DNA from: a virus
Strand: one strand, 5' to 3'
IMG/VR virus record: IMGVR_UViG_3300032053_012801
DNA: 64,000 nt
Part shown: positions 51,502 through 62,135 of the stretch, piece by piece
Layout: the number at the start of each line of letters is the position of its first letter
Numbering within the stretch: the stretch's first letter is position 1
Program-made: the position numbers and the translations under genes
Notes under the pieces: generated by a model
Told to the model about the DNA's origin: nothing
The model's database searches: none
Seen by the model: only the letters and a program-made list of their open reading frames with translations

Positions 51502-52911
51502 TTAGCCCTTAACTTCAGTTGTTTCAGTTGTAATTGCCGGTTTCTCAGGAGTCTTTCCCAAATACTCTGGCAACTTCATTCCTGCCATATTGAACAAGTC
51601 TTGCAATGGAGGAACTGATCCAAGCATACCTGACAAGAAATTGGCAGTCGTTGGTTTGCCATTGCCTGAACCATTACCCATACCGTCCCAAACAGTAACC
51701 TTATCGATCTTAATACCCTTAATAGCCTCAACCTGAGTCTTGACTATTTCAGGCAACTTATCGATAATCATCAACATTGCTGCTTGCTGAGTCTGCTGTG
51801 GATTGTTACCGGCAGCTGCAACAATCTCTTTCAATCCCTCAGCCTGCTTGATCAACATCTCCTTAAGTCCTCTTGCCTGAGCTTCAAGGTTAGCATATGT
51901 GGCATCTGCTTGACCTCTAGCTTCAAGTCGCAGTTTCTCAGCCTGAGCACTAGCCGCAATCTCAATCTTCTTTTTGTCAATCTCAGCTTTGACAACATCA
52001 TTGGCAGTCTGTGTAGCTCTTTCTCTGTCTGCACGAGTCGCTTCAGCAATTTGTTCAGCAGCATAGGCTTCTTGCAAAGCTTTTGCTGTTGCAACCTTTT
52101 CTGATGCTATAGCTGCTCGTTCAGCTTCAGCTTTCTTCTGTCGCATATCTGATGTTGAATTTGCAATTGTCACCTGAGCTGCATTTTCACCTTCAACAGC
52201 TGTAGCATTTGCACCTGCAACTTGCACTCTCTTATCTCTATCAGCATTTGCCTGACCAATTGCTCCATCACGATCTTTCTCAGCTACATCTTTCTTAGCC
52301 TTGTTAAGTGCTTCTGCAGCAGCTTTCTGCCCAAGAGACTTGATGTAACCAGATTCATCTTGAATGTCAGTAATATTGACATTGATCAATCGCAGACCGA
52401 TCTTCTCAAGTTCAACTTCAACATTCTTGTAAATGTTCTCAAGGAACTTGTCTCTATCAGCATTAATTTCTTCGATGTCCATTGTTGCTACTGACAAACG
52501 AAGTTGGCCAAAGATAATTTCCCTAGCTATACCCTGAATCTCTTTGGATTGTAAACCCAAAAGTCGTTCAGCAGCAGCCGTCATAATCTCAGGCTTTGTT
52601 GAAATACCAACTGTGAAATTTGAAGGCACATCGACTCGAATATTCTGTTTGCTCAATGCATTTTGCAATGGTACTTCAATTTGCATTGGAGTAAGACCCA
52701 AATATGCATAGTCTTGAATGATAGGCCATACAAAAGCCGCACCACCATGAATGCACTTTGAAGTACTACCCTTTGCCACTTTTCCATACACAATCAATAT
52801 CTTGTCTGACGGACACTTCTTATACCTCGTAAGAACCGAGATAAAAAGCACGAACAAGATAATGACGCCAGCTGCTGCAGCAATCAACAGATACATACTA
52901 GCCCCTTTCAA
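51502..52911 (-). CDS. flotillin-like SPFH/band-7 domain protein
   Basis: N-terminal TM helix, then an SPFH core, then a long Ala/Glu/Lys/Gln-rich coiled coil (AEAERAAIASEKVATAKALQEAYAAEQIAEATRADRERA...) typical of FloT/YqiK. Confidence 0.75.
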   Translation of the reverse strand: MKGASMYLLIAAAAGVIILFVLFISVLTRYKKCPSDKILIVYGKVAKGSTSKCIHGGAAFVWPIIQDYAYLGLTPMQIEVPLQNALSKQNIRVDVPSNFTVGISTKPEIMTAAAERLLGLQSKEIQGIAREIIFGQLRLSVATMDIEEINADRDKFLENIYKNVEVELEKIGLRLINVNITDIQDESGYIKSLGQKAAAEALNKAKKDVAEKDRDGAIGQANADRDKRVQVAGANATAVEGENAAQVTIANSTSDMRQKKAEAERAAIASEKVATAKALQEAYAAEQIAEATRADRERATQTANDVVKAEIDKKKIEIAASAQAEKLRLEARGQADATYANLEAQARGLKEMLIKQAEGLKEIVAAAGNNPQQTQQAAMLMIIDKLPEIVKTQVEAIKGIKIDKVTVWDGMGNGSGNGKPTTANFLSGMLGSVPPLQDLFNMAGMKLPEYLGKTPEKPAITTETTEVKG

Positions 52912-53479
52912 CGATTAAAGTATTGTTTTGGACATCTACTACTTTTACTGGTGACCCTGACGGAATTGCCGTAAGATCTTTACTCATGGCATCAAATTCT
53001 CTTACTTGACTTTGAATCATGACATTCACTTTTCCAGTACCTGACATATTAGCAGGAATTTTCAAATAAACACTAGCTGTTCGACCAATCGTATTTTTGA
53101 TATCTACATTACCACTACTAACTAACTTTGTCATTCCATAGAAAAAACCAGCAACTACCACAGCAAATACACTACCGACTATAATCGATACAACTACAAC
53201 CAAAACAGGATTGTTCAATGCACCTTTTGCATGAATTAGTGCTATGCCACTCCAACCAAGCATTGTGAAAAACGCAACTAGCGATCTAATACTTAGCAAT
53301 TGAAAATGAGCTTGCATGTCACCATGACCACTTGACACATCGTGATGAAAGTCAATAGAATCATGCGACATACCAGCAAATGTCAAGATTGCTTGAATAA
53401 GCAATGCTGTGCTTGCTATAACTGCAATGAACCAATAGACGTGTTCAATTGCTGACATACCTACCCACCACTCGTTCAT
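52898..53479 (-). CDS. NfeD-like membrane protein (flotillin partner)
   Basis: Three or four TM helices, then a C-terminal soluble beta domain (...GTGKVNVMIQSQVREFDAMS...PVKVVDVQNNTLIVERG). It overlaps the flotillin start. Confidence 0.65.
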   Translation of the reverse strand: MNEWWVGMSAIEHVYWFIAVIASTALLIQAILTFAGMSHDSIDFHHDVSSGHGDMQAHFQLLSIRSLVAFFTMLGWSGIALIHAKGALNNPVLVVVVSIIVGSVFAVVVAGFFYGMTKLVSSGNVDIKNTIGRTASVYLKIPANMSGTGKVNVMIQSQVREFDAMSKDLTAIPSGSPVKVVDVQNNTLIVERG

Positions 53480-53713
53480 GTAGCCCTCCTTATAAATTGT
53501 TTAGCTTGTCCTCAATATAATACACGTAATCAGTGAACTGTTTTGTTCGTTTCATATCTTTTACTCTATACAATGGTATGTCTATATGCACATGTTCGAC
53601 AATTTGACCAGGATTTGCACTCATGATCCAAATATCGTCACCCAATAGCTACTTCCATAAACTTCAAAATAATTTCTTCATCAGTTGCCATATTGACAAC
53701 TAATCACACTAAA

Positions 53714-53947
53714 TTACAATGAAATATCAAACTTTGTCTTATCGTTTTCTAAAGTAATTACTCTTGCCCTAAGCTCTTGTATTTCTGAAACTGTATCTTG
53801 AAGTAACTGAAGTAGAAAATGTTCATTAGCACTCAAATGATGTTCATCTGATTTCAACAAACGAATTTGATCGATACTATATAGCACTCTATGATCATTC
53901 TTAGGCACAATCACCTCCAGTAGCAATATGCACAGCGATGAATGCAC
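53714..53947 (-). CDS. hypothetical protein
   Basis: 77-aa ORF. Confidence 0.3.
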   Translation of the reverse strand: MHSSLCILLLEVIVPKNDHRVLYSIDQIRLLKSDEHHLSANEHFLLQLLQDTVSEIQELRARVITLENDKTKFDISL

Positions 53948-54648
53948 TGAGACTTACTGTTCAACAACTCTTTTTTATTACCAAGACATGCGCAACAAGG
54001 TCTTTGCTTTGAGAACTTGTCAATAGGTTGTATACCAAGCAGTTCGCAGTCTTTAGCTGAAATACATCCTGTACATTCAAAATCTGGTTCACCACATACT
54101 TCCGGTTGACCAAGTCTTTCCCATGCCTTTTTTCTTAACTTTAACGGTGCATGAAATGTCGTCCACGGCAATTCAACATCAATATCTTTGAACCTCTTTT
54201 TGACATGATCATACTGATCAATAAATGACACTCTCACTCGAGTCTTAAATCGCTTCTGAGCCCTACACAATATGTCATGCGCCGTGTCAATACCCGCATC
54301 TGTAGGCACCACTGGGTCAATGCGCAACACTATTCTTTGCGGACCTAACAATTTACAAAGTTCTTCAAATCCTAGTAACGCAACGTCAACGTCAGGCACA
54401 TTTGGCTCAATTACTGATCTGGCAAAACCAGTAATTGTCGTATGTACTATGATATTTGGAAATCTGGGATAGACTTCTTCGCGTTTGCCATCTTCAATGA
54501 TAACTTTGATATGATCGAATAGGCTAAGAGGATCTTTCGTAATCAAAATAGCAGGATTACCGTCAATAACCCATTGGCACCATTGACAGTTAATAGCAGG
54601 ATCACCACGTTCTGTAATACCTATTTGATCATTCACCAACAAACTCAA
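53911..54648 (-). CDS. hypothetical Cys-rich protein
   Basis: 245-aa ORF with CQWCQW and a C-terminal CIHRCAYCYW cluster. Confidence 0.4.
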   Translation of the reverse strand: MSLLVNDQIGITERGDPAINCQWCQWVIDGNPAILITKDPLSLFDHIKVIIEDGKREEVYPRFPNIIVHTTITGFARSVIEPNVPDVDVALLGFEELCKLLGPQRIVLRIDPVVPTDAGIDTAHDILCRAQKRFKTRVRVSFIDQYDHVKKRFKDIDVELPWTTFHAPLKLRKKAWERLGQPEVCGEPDFECTGCISAKDCELLGIQPIDKFSKQRPCCACLGNKKELLNSKSQCIHRCAYCYWR

Positions 54649-54786
54649 CTATGCTTTTTGTAAAATTTATCTCTCATTCTCATCATTTGCTTACGTATAA
54701 TAACGCCTTGCTGATATTCACTATTGTTGTCATACACATCACCATCCATGTGATCAATAGCTTCATCCCACACAACCATTCTATCA

Positions 54787-55032
54787 TCAATTTGTTCTTG
54801 TGTCAGCTTTTTCATCAATACTCCTGCCCGTATGAGTCAAAAACATTTTCAATTCTTTCTTCAATCTTTCATCTGACGTTTCAGTATGAACATTTTCTGT
54901 TTTCTGATCTTCACTATTTATTGATGCCATCCATATCTCGCAAAAAGTATCCCAATTCAATTCACTACCAAGTCTACCACTATTCTTTTGCCACCACATC
55001 TTTGCAGTAGAAGTATACGCTTGATTATTCAT
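54787..55032 (-). CDS. hypothetical protein
   Basis: 81-aa ORF. Confidence 0.3.
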   Translation of the reverse strand: MNNQAYTSTAKMWWQKNSGRLGSELNWDTFCEIWMASINSEDQKTENVHTETSDERLKKELKMFLTHTGRSIDEKADTRTN

Positions 55033-55436
55033 CTGTACCGTCCCTCTCTAATACTTTGCACAGTAATCACTGTCGCTAGTTGATCACATTCAGCTTTAGT
55101 AAAGGCACCTCTACTAGTTTTCAGTAAGTACGATGACACGTTTGTATAATCTTGTTCAAGACTTATTCCGTGACCACAAGCCATTTGCGCTTCTTTATCG
55201 CTGTTAGTAAATAGTAATATTTTGTAAGCAATAGTACCATCATGTATAATTGTAGGATCATCGCCACTGAACAATGAATAGAACTTGTTTCCTTCTTTCA
55301 ATCCTTGCAAAACTACTAATGAATACTTTTTTGCAAGTGCTTTCAAACCACCAGTAAGCACGAATCGTTTGGCTTCTGCCACTGACTTACAGATTCCGAT
55401 ATCACACAAGTTTTTTGTCAAGTAATTTTCTGTCAT
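55029..55436 (-). CDS. hypothetical protein
   Basis: 135-aa ORF. Confidence 0.4.
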   Translation of the reverse strand: MTENYLTKNLCDIGICKSVAEAKRFVLTGGLKALAKKYSLVVLQGLKEGNKFYSLFSGDDPTIIHDGTIAYKILLFTNSDKEAQMACGHGISLEQDYTNVSSYLLKTSRGAFTKAECDQLATVITVQSIREGRYR

Positions 55437-56332
55437 ACTCTTTTGAATTCGAAGTGACGTTTGAAATGACTCAAATCAGTAACAGTTCGTAGAAATTTCA
55501 AATAGTCTTTTGCTTCAGCTAAGTCAACCCTTGTTGAACCTTGATATGAAATATATCGAATCTCAACTGCACCTTTAGAGGCTGAAGCGCCGCATGCAAA
55601 CAAAGGCGCTCGATCTTCTTCATAAAGTTTCACTAACCGTTGCAACCTTTTCAATTCTGCAGTAATTGCGTCTGAAACTTCTAACGCAGTCATATCATCA
55701 ATTGGCTTCTCTATTCTTTGTTTCAATTCATACACTTCTTTAACAGGCTTTATATCAGATGCTGGTAACAGCTTATTTGATTGCTGCAGTAAAGGAGCGA
55801 CATCTACATTTTGAACACCGCGTTCAGTGAGAAACATTGCCAGTTGACTCTTTGCACATTCCTGCATTGTCTTTATTTCTTCGGATGCCTGTTGTACGAT
55901 GAAAGCTGAATTTGATTCAAAGTGCTCTTCAATGACTTTAGCATTGTGAAGTAACTGTTCAAGCGTTTTCTTTCCAGCTTTTCCATCATTGAGAGCTTCG
56001 TAAATATCTTTTCTTAAGTCCTTTATCCTATTACTAAGCGATTCATGAACTTCACCCATTCTGTCAACCATTCGATCTTGAACAGATTCAGGCTTTTTCA
56101 CGGCTTCAACTACCAAGTTACCTTCACGATCACGATATCGTTCTAATGTGACAGTTACAGAACTTGTATCAGTAAGTATTCGAACAAACTGATCATAAGA
56201 CATTGCCATTCGACACAATGTCTTTTTGTCAGGATCTTCAATCTCTAAACACAAATAGTGATGCTGCGCTTGCAAACAATCATTCAAATATGTGCCTGAT
56301 GAAGACACTGAAGAAAGTCTAGCGTGAGACAT
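55433..56332 (-). CDS. hypothetical protein
   Basis: 299-aa ORF. Confidence 0.45.
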   Translation of the reverse strand: MSHARLSSVSSSGTYLNDCLQAQHHYLCLEIEDPDKKTLCRMAMSYDQFVRILTDTSSVTVTLERYRDREGNLVVEAVKKPESVQDRMVDRMGEVHESLSNRIKDLRKDIYEALNDGKAGKKTLEQLLHNAKVIEEHFESNSAFIVQQASEEIKTMQECAKSQLAMFLTERGVQNVDVAPLLQQSNKLLPASDIKPVKEVYELKQRIEKPIDDMTALEVSDAITAELKRLQRLVKLYEEDRAPLFACGASASKGAVEIRYISYQGSTRVDLAEAKDYLKFLRTVTDLSHFKRHFEFKRV

Positions 56333-56561
56333 ATTTATCCTTTAGTGATCGAACAGTTACTGACTTAACATTAAACATCGGGTCTTCAGGTCTAAAACCA
56401 CCACACCATGACAACAGAGCAAGTCGAATATACTCTGCAATTTCTGCAATTGTTGCTTCAGGCGCATCTACACTGACTTGAAATTTGCGCTTAGTCTGCT
56501 TCAAAATATTCTGTTGCATGTATTTTCCTATTGGGACTTCCTCAATATTCCCAAACAACAT
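56319..56561 (-). CDS. hypothetical protein
   Basis: 80-aa ORF. Confidence 0.3.
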   Translation of the reverse strand: MLFGNIEEVPIGKYMQQNILKQTKRKFQVSVDAPEATIAEIAEYIRLALLSWCGGFRPEDPMFNVKSVTVRSLKDKYVSR

Positions 56562-56923
56562 AAAGATGCATTTCGCCTAATATCTCTCAATTCCCTAGTT
56601 CGATACTCGGTCCAGAATCTACTTTCAAGATTTCTGAATGAAATTCTATACTTTTTCACAATTGATAACAGACTTTGATATACATTCGTTTCCATCTCTG
56701 GATCTATGTGTTTTAGCTCAGATTCAAATGCCTCGACAGTTGAATAATTCCAAGCTTTATGATTAAATTCAATCCACGTTTTTCTCGTTTTTCTATTGTA
56801 GTAGTATCCGTCTCTGTTCAATACGGGAGATATCTCGCAAAGATCCGAAGACGCTTCATCAAGCTCATCAAGAGAATGATAAACCCATGTGGGAACAGAA
56901 AGAACTTTCAAATAGTTTTTCAC
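56528..56923 (-). CDS. hypothetical protein
   Basis: 131-aa ORF. Confidence 0.35.
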   Translation of the reverse strand: MKNYLKVLSVPTWVYHSLDELDEASSDLCEISPVLNRDGYYYNRKTRKTWIEFNHKAWNYSTVEAFESELKHIDPEMETNVYQSLLSIVKKYRISFRNLESRFWTEYRTRELRDIRRNASLCCLGILRKSQ

Positions 56924-56932
56924 GGTAAAGAT

Positions 56933-58093
56933 TTAATCTTCTCTTAATTTATTGAAATTGTCACTGCACGTTGCCATGTTTGCTTCGAAATATTCTGTTG
57001 GATATCTTTCATTGTGCTTTGTACACCAATCATAAACTGAGTTTTGTTGCGCCTGTGTTGCCTTTAATTTATCTCCAGTAAAATATGAATTCTGACCGAA
57101 TCCTCCAACCTTGATCCAACCAAGATCTTCAAGTATGCATTCTGATCTGTTGTTTATGTATCCTGTGTCATCTTCCCAGTCAACATTGCTCAATGTGATT
57201 CTTACAATTCTCTCAGCCATATAAATATGACCTGCATATTCGCATCCGTAAAACTGTCCTTCTGGACTAAACCAACCAAACTTTGACGTCAATTGAGAAT
57301 CTATTATTGGTCGCTCTAATTCTATTCGCTTTTCTTGTGTTTCTTTGTCTTCATTTCGCTCTGAGACTACAATGTCTTCTTCATCATACTTCTTTCGAAA
57401 AGCTATAGGCAAATCTTCAGTAGTATAACGGAACAAATGACCATCTTCTTGAAGATTCCGGCAAGCATTTACTGCTTGTTGCGGCGTCTTCTCGACGTCC
57501 ATCCAGACTGGCGGCGCAGCTATTTTCTCAAACAATACGCAATGCATCTCTCGATCAGGACATTTGAGACAAAATATCCTGTCTTTATCTTTATCTTTAC
57601 AATAGAATCTTGCCCTACTGTCGCTAACCTCTTGATCAGCATTTAGATTTCTTCTTTGATCAAAATTGACAGTTGAGAAATTGTCTTTGTAATATGAAAT
57701 GTCATGAAATCCATAAGACGTCACATAAGAATATGGCACAAACCATTTCTGACCAATTCTTACATAATGGCCATACATTTCGTCAAGTCTTTGCATGTAC
57801 TTGACATCTGCTTTTTTAGTCAGTCCTATACCTACATTTGAATCACCAGTAAACTCTGTTGTGCCTGAAAGCACTGCTACAATTGTATTGAAATCTATGC
57901 CAACAAGAGACTTGTTCAAAAATCTAACGGCATTTTCCCATTCATTCTCAACAACCAGACTTCTAGCATGATCAGTCATGAACTCACCAGTGATAGTGAA
58001 ACAAACGCTCTGTATTTTTGTTTTTGTACTCATAATGTGATCATTGAAAAAAAAAGACAATTGCACTTTGTGTGTACGCCTACGGGAATTCAA
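56933..58093 (-). CDS. hypothetical protein
   Basis: 386-aa ORF. Confidence 0.45.
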   Translation of the reverse strand: MNSRRRTHKVQLSFFFNDHIMSTKTKIQSVCFTITGEFMTDHARSLVVENEWENAVRFLNKSLVGIDFNTIVAVLSGTTEFTGDSNVGIGLTKKADVKYMQRLDEMYGHYVRIGQKWFVPYSYVTSYGFHDISYYKDNFSTVNFDQRRNLNADQEVSDSRARFYCKDKDKDRIFCLKCPDREMHCVLFEKIAAPPVWMDVEKTPQQAVNACRNLQEDGHLFRYTTEDLPIAFRKKYDEEDIVVSERNEDKETQEKRIELERPIIDSQLTSKFGWFSPEGQFYGCEYAGHIYMAERIVRITLSNVDWEDDTGYINNRSECILEDLGWIKVGGFGQNSYFTGDKLKATQAQQNSVYDWCTKHNERYPTEYFEANMATCSDNFNKLRED

Positions 58094-58211
58094 TCCCGGG
58101 TACTCCCTGCTAAGGGCTATACTGCTATTCGTACAACGAGGACAATCCGTACCCTCCTTCGAGTACCGGCTCTAAGCCTCGATTCCGAAAGTGCAATCGT
58201 CAAAGTTGTGG

Positions 58212-59027
58212 TCACTTTGTCCTCTTCAAAACAAGCTTGACATGTGTGCGATCTTGTAAGTCCACATTGAAATCTTTCATCACTTGTTGACGAATGAACG
58301 GTAGCGTATAGTGTTCAATGTAAGTGGGTTCCCAGTTTTCGGGAATAAGATTGAACAGATTTTCTAATGACAATGGTAAGTAATTCTCTCGAAATTCACG
58401 ATCCCAACTATCAACGTACCGATATGTCAATAGAAAATGTACCAGTGACCAATTTTCATTGAGATTTCCCCAGTGCGCTTCCCACTGTGCAAGCAAATCT
58501 TTATCATAACGCATTCTTATCTTTGCAACACTTAATGAATCACTTGGTCGACTTGTAGTCATTGACACGCACATATCGCGAATTGCTATGTAGTCATAGT
58601 CATTTGAAAAAACTGCAGCCCAAAATTCTTTGACTGTGTCTGGTCCATACTCATACACTTCATGAATAAGACTCATAAGACTCAAACAAATTTTCTTGTC
58701 AGCAGCTCGATATTCATGGACCACTTTTTGAAGCGCAACGACGTCAGAAACGAACCCGATCTGATCTATACCTCTACATGAAAGTCTTGCTGCAGCAATC
58801 ATCTCTTTAGAATTATCAAACCCAACATATTGATTGTCGGGCAATATGCCATGAGCTAGCTTGATCATCGCACCATCTGCACAACCATAATCAACAAACA
58901 CTGAAGCATCTTCAGTTTTGTCAAGAAAAAACAACTTGTCAATTAGCGCTTTTTGCATCTCAGAATTGTAATGCGCAAGATTGACGACTGCTGCAGATTT
59001 TACCGTACTTATATCTTTGTAGTTCAT
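58212..59027 (-). CDS. class I SAM-dependent methyltransferase
   Basis: VFVDYGCADGAM (motif I) and acidic YVGFDNSKEM (motif II). Confidence 0.55.
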   Translation of the reverse strand: MNYKDISTVKSAAVVNLAHYNSEMQKALIDKLFFLDKTEDASVFVDYGCADGAMIKLAHGILPDNQYVGFDNSKEMIAAARLSCRGIDQIGFVSDVVALQKVVHEYRAADKKICLSLMSLIHEVYEYGPDTVKEFWAAVFSNDYDYIAIRDMCVSMTTSRPSDSLSVAKIRMRYDKDLLAQWEAHWGNLNENWSLVHFLLTYRYVDSWDREFRENYLPLSLENLFNLIPENWEPTYIEHYTLPFIRQQVMKDFNVDLQDRTHVKLVLKRTK

Positions 59028-59389
59028 ATTCTCTGAAAACTGATATTTCTAGTCGTAAGCACTTCGTTTGCCAGCCTTTGCAACTCGACTAGTACTTCTG
59101 TATGTGAGCGACCAACGCAGTCACCGATCATTGCAACATGGTCAACAAACGACTCGTAAAGATCATCTTCTTTACCATGAGCAATCTCAAAGTCACCCGT
59201 GTTAGCATAGTGCGCTATTTCAGACACAGTTTTGCGAATGCCTTCAATCGACATTGAGTCAACTATGCTATTAGCTTTTCGTATGCGATCAATAGCATTC
59301 AAAATGCCCTTCATGTCATTGGCTCTTGCAAAGTTCTCAAGCGTCTGTAACTCACTCGTAAGTTGACTTGTCTTGATATCATTCATCAC
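59024..59389 (-). CDS. hypothetical protein
   Basis: 121-aa ORF. Confidence 0.35.
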   Translation of the reverse strand: MMNDIKTSQLTSELQTLENFARANDMKGILNAIDRIRKANSIVDSMSIEGIRKTVSEIAHYANTGDFEIAHGKEDDLYESFVDHVAMIGDCVGRSHTEVLVELQRLANEVLTTRNISFQRI

Positions 59390-59439
59390 TTGCTCCCAAT
59401 TTTAAGATATGACGTTCCAACTATGACACATCACCAAAC

Positions 59440-59631
59440 TTATCCTGTCACAACAATTCCATTAGGTTGAGGCTCAACCCCTGCAAGAATGCGATGTGCT
59501 TTCAATACATCTAACTGATTCTCTCCATCTAGAATTGTATGAATGGCCCATGACTCTCTTCCGGCAGGCGATCTCTTGAAAGTCTGTGAAAAAGTCGCTG
59601 CAGCGTCTAAGTACCGTTCCTTGTCTGCCAT
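59440..59631 (-). CDS. hypothetical protein
   Basis: 63-aa ORF. Confidence 0.3.
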   Translation of the reverse strand: MADKERYLDAAATFSQTFKRSPAGRESWAIHTILDGENQLDVLKAHRILAGVEPQPNGIVVTG

Positions 59632-59647
59632 AAACTCCTCCTTTGTA

Positions 59648-61600
59648 TCACTCCATCATTTTCCAAAAGTCAGCTTCAGGTATCACGCTAATACCCATCG
59701 CACTCGCTTTTGAAAGTTTGTTACTATTTGGTCGACATGCGAGTAAGTAATTCAACTCTTTACCCACTCGCTTAATCTCTCCACCATTCGCTTGAACCAG
59801 CTCATACCATTCTTCTCGCTTGTATGCTTTCTGCGTTGCCGGATTAATCTTTGTCAATGGTCCAGTCACTTGGAATGACTTACCTTGCAGTTTCGTAGAT
59901 TGTAATGTAATAGCTGTAGGTTTCTTAATGGTAATTCCACAACCCATCAACTTCTCAATCAATGGTCGTCGTTGTTCCAATCCTTCAACAACATCCTTTG
60001 CTCTTGAAGGACCAATACCAGAAATCTTAGCCAAATCAGTCTCTGTAACTTCTTCCATCAATGCGTACAAATCATACTCGTCAGTGATCAATTCAGCCAT
60101 TGTCTCACCGAGAGCAGGAATTGCAAGTGCACATAGAAGAGTAACGACATCCATTTCTTTGCATTTTTCAAACCCTTCAACGATTTTCTTCGCTGATTTG
60201 TCTCCTGACCTATCAAGACTTGCAACTTTTTGCATTGACAAAGTGTAGAAATCTGCAGGATCCTTCACCAAGTCTTTTTCATACAACTGTCGAATTGTAC
60301 TTTCTCCTATATCAGTCAAACTCATTCGCTTCTTCAAAACATCGACCCAGTGACGAAGCTTTCTGAACTCTTTACCAACGCAATTGTCACTTTCACATAC
60401 CAAATATGCACCATCAGGATCTTTCACCAACGGTCCTTTACATGAAGGACAAACTGTCGGAGCTGTGATTTTCTTTCCGGCAGACTTGATGACTTGCACG
60501 ACCTTTGGAATGATCTCTCCTGCTTTGATCACCAAAACAGTATCACCAATGCCAACACCAAGTCGATTGATTTCATCGATGTTACACAATAGAGCGGCTT
60601 TCACCATCGAACCATCAATATTCACAGGATCCAAAACTGCATTTGGTGAAACAACACCGGTTCTACCAACTTCCCAAATACAGTCAAGCAAAGTAGTAGC
60701 TACTCCTCGAGGATCAAACTTGAAAGCCACTTGACCTTTGGGATCACCATTGGAATGAATACCGAGCTCTTTTGACGTAGTGATGTTGTTGAGCTTAATC
60801 ACCAAACCATCAATGTTATACTTCAACTTTGCTCGATCTGAATCCATATACTGTTGACGAACATTGATGACTTCGGCCGGAGTAACCAACTTGTAATTGG
60901 TCGTTACCAATCCCAACGTGTTAGACAAGTAATCAAGCTTTTCAGTTTCAAACGAAAACGAAACATCAGGTGAAACTATGTCATAGAGAATCACGCAAAC
61001 GTATTCAATGTACTTGCCATCAAATCGTTTGAGAATTCCATTTGCAGCATTTCGAGGATTTGAGAATGACACTCCGGGCAGACTGTTGAGTTTTTCGAAG
61101 TCAGCATTGAGGATGATTGCTTCACCACGAAGACTTGCAGTAATCTTCTCCGGTATTGTCTGTTTGACAAACTTCATCAACTTTGCATTAACAGTAACAT
61201 CATCACCAACTTTACCATCTCCTCGCGTTATACCTTGCACAAGTTGGCCATTGACATAGTTCAATGCTAACGATGCACCGTCAAACTTGTCTTCAAGAAC
61301 CAATGTCTTTCCTTGAATTCCGCTTGACTGAATCCACTTGTTGAATTCAGGAATGGTCATTGCATTTGCAAGCGATGCCATTGAGATCGAATGTTCGGCT
61401 TTTTGCCAACCATTCTCAGAATCCGGCGGTGCGCCGGTCTTCTTCAACTCAGGATTTTCAGGATCAAGCTGCTTCAACAGTTCAAGAATTGCATCATAGA
61501 CTTGATCTGAAATTCGAGGTTCTTTGTTGTAGTACAGATACCGATGAAGCCTAATTTCTGAAGCAAGTCGTTCAACTTCAGCTTTGACATTTTTCTTCAT
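59648..61600 (-). CDS. ligA: NAD+-dependent DNA ligase
   Basis: Adenylation motif EDKFDGASLALNY (KxDG). OB-fold and zinc-finger Cys (CPSCKGPL...CESDNC). HhH repeats and a C-terminal BRCT-like domain. 650 aa. Confidence 0.85.
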   Translation of the reverse strand: MKKNVKAEVERLASEIRLHRYLYYNKEPRISDQVYDAILELLKQLDPENPELKKTGAPPDSENGWQKAEHSISMASLANAMTIPEFNKWIQSSGIQGKTLVLEDKFDGASLALNYVNGQLVQGITRGDGKVGDDVTVNAKLMKFVKQTIPEKITASLRGEAIILNADFEKLNSLPGVSFSNPRNAANGILKRFDGKYIEYVCVILYDIVSPDVSFSFETEKLDYLSNTLGLVTTNYKLVTPAEVINVRQQYMDSDRAKLKYNIDGLVIKLNNITTSKELGIHSNGDPKGQVAFKFDPRGVATTLLDCIWEVGRTGVVSPNAVLDPVNIDGSMVKAALLCNIDEINRLGVGIGDTVLVIKAGEIIPKVVQVIKSAGKKITAPTVCPSCKGPLVKDPDGAYLVCESDNCVGKEFRKLRHWVDVLKKRMSLTDIGESTIRQLYEKDLVKDPADFYTLSMQKVASLDRSGDKSAKKIVEGFEKCKEMDVVTLLCALAIPALGETMAELITDEYDLYALMEEVTETDLAKISGIGPSRAKDVVEGLEQRRPLIEKLMGCGITIKKPTAITLQSTKLQGKSFQVTGPLTKINPATQKAYKREEWYELVQANGGEIKRVGKELNYLLACRPNSNKLSKASAMGISVIPEADFWKMME

Positions 61601-61715
61601 GTTTCTCCTTGGTTAGTCCTTATAGTATAGTCATATTGTAAAGCGTAGATTTACTAGAAACAACAAGAGAAAAGCTGTAGAAATCAATAATCTACAGCTT
61701 TTTCTATAGGCCGAT

Positions 61716-62135
61716 CTACTTTTTCTTTGACTTTTTAATGCCATAGAAAGCTATGATTAGCGTAGAGACTGCACCAATTAGACCTACTAAAGCTTCGATA
61801 ATCTTGATGACAATGTCAAGATTGTTTCGATGAGAATCAGATTGAGCTTGCAAGTTCTCCATTATAGTAGTCATCTTACTTATTGAAGCTTGTACATTGG
61901 CCATATCTTTGTCATATTCATGAACCGTAATATACTGATTTACAGTCGGCAATGGCGGTAACGGTGGTAATACATTAAACAATTGCGCCGGCGGAGTCAA
62001 TTCAACATGTTTGAACCCAAACTGTTCTGACGCAAGTGTTTTTGATCTAGCACTTCTAGCCAGTAATGAATCTAATGGCGTCAATTGCGCGCTGACAATA
62101 GAGCTACATACTAGTATAGACAGTAACATCTTCAT
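61716..62135 (-). CDS. hypothetical exported/membrane-anchored protein
   Basis: Signal peptide MKMLLSILVCSSIVSA and a C-terminal TM helix. Confidence 0.4.
   Translation of the reverse strand: MKMLLSILVCSSIVSAQLTPLDSLLARSARSKTLASEQFGFKHVELTPPAQLFNVLPPLPPLPTVNQYITVHEYDKDMANVQASISKMTTIMENLQAQSDSHRNNLDIVIKIIEALVGLIGAVSTLIIAFYGIKKSKKK

Noticed and set aside
58090-58160. Plus-strand tRNA at 58.1 kb
   Set aside because: A T-arm-like hairpin is present, but there is no complementary acceptor 5' strand (GGAGUAC) upstream and no D-arm or anticodon arm.
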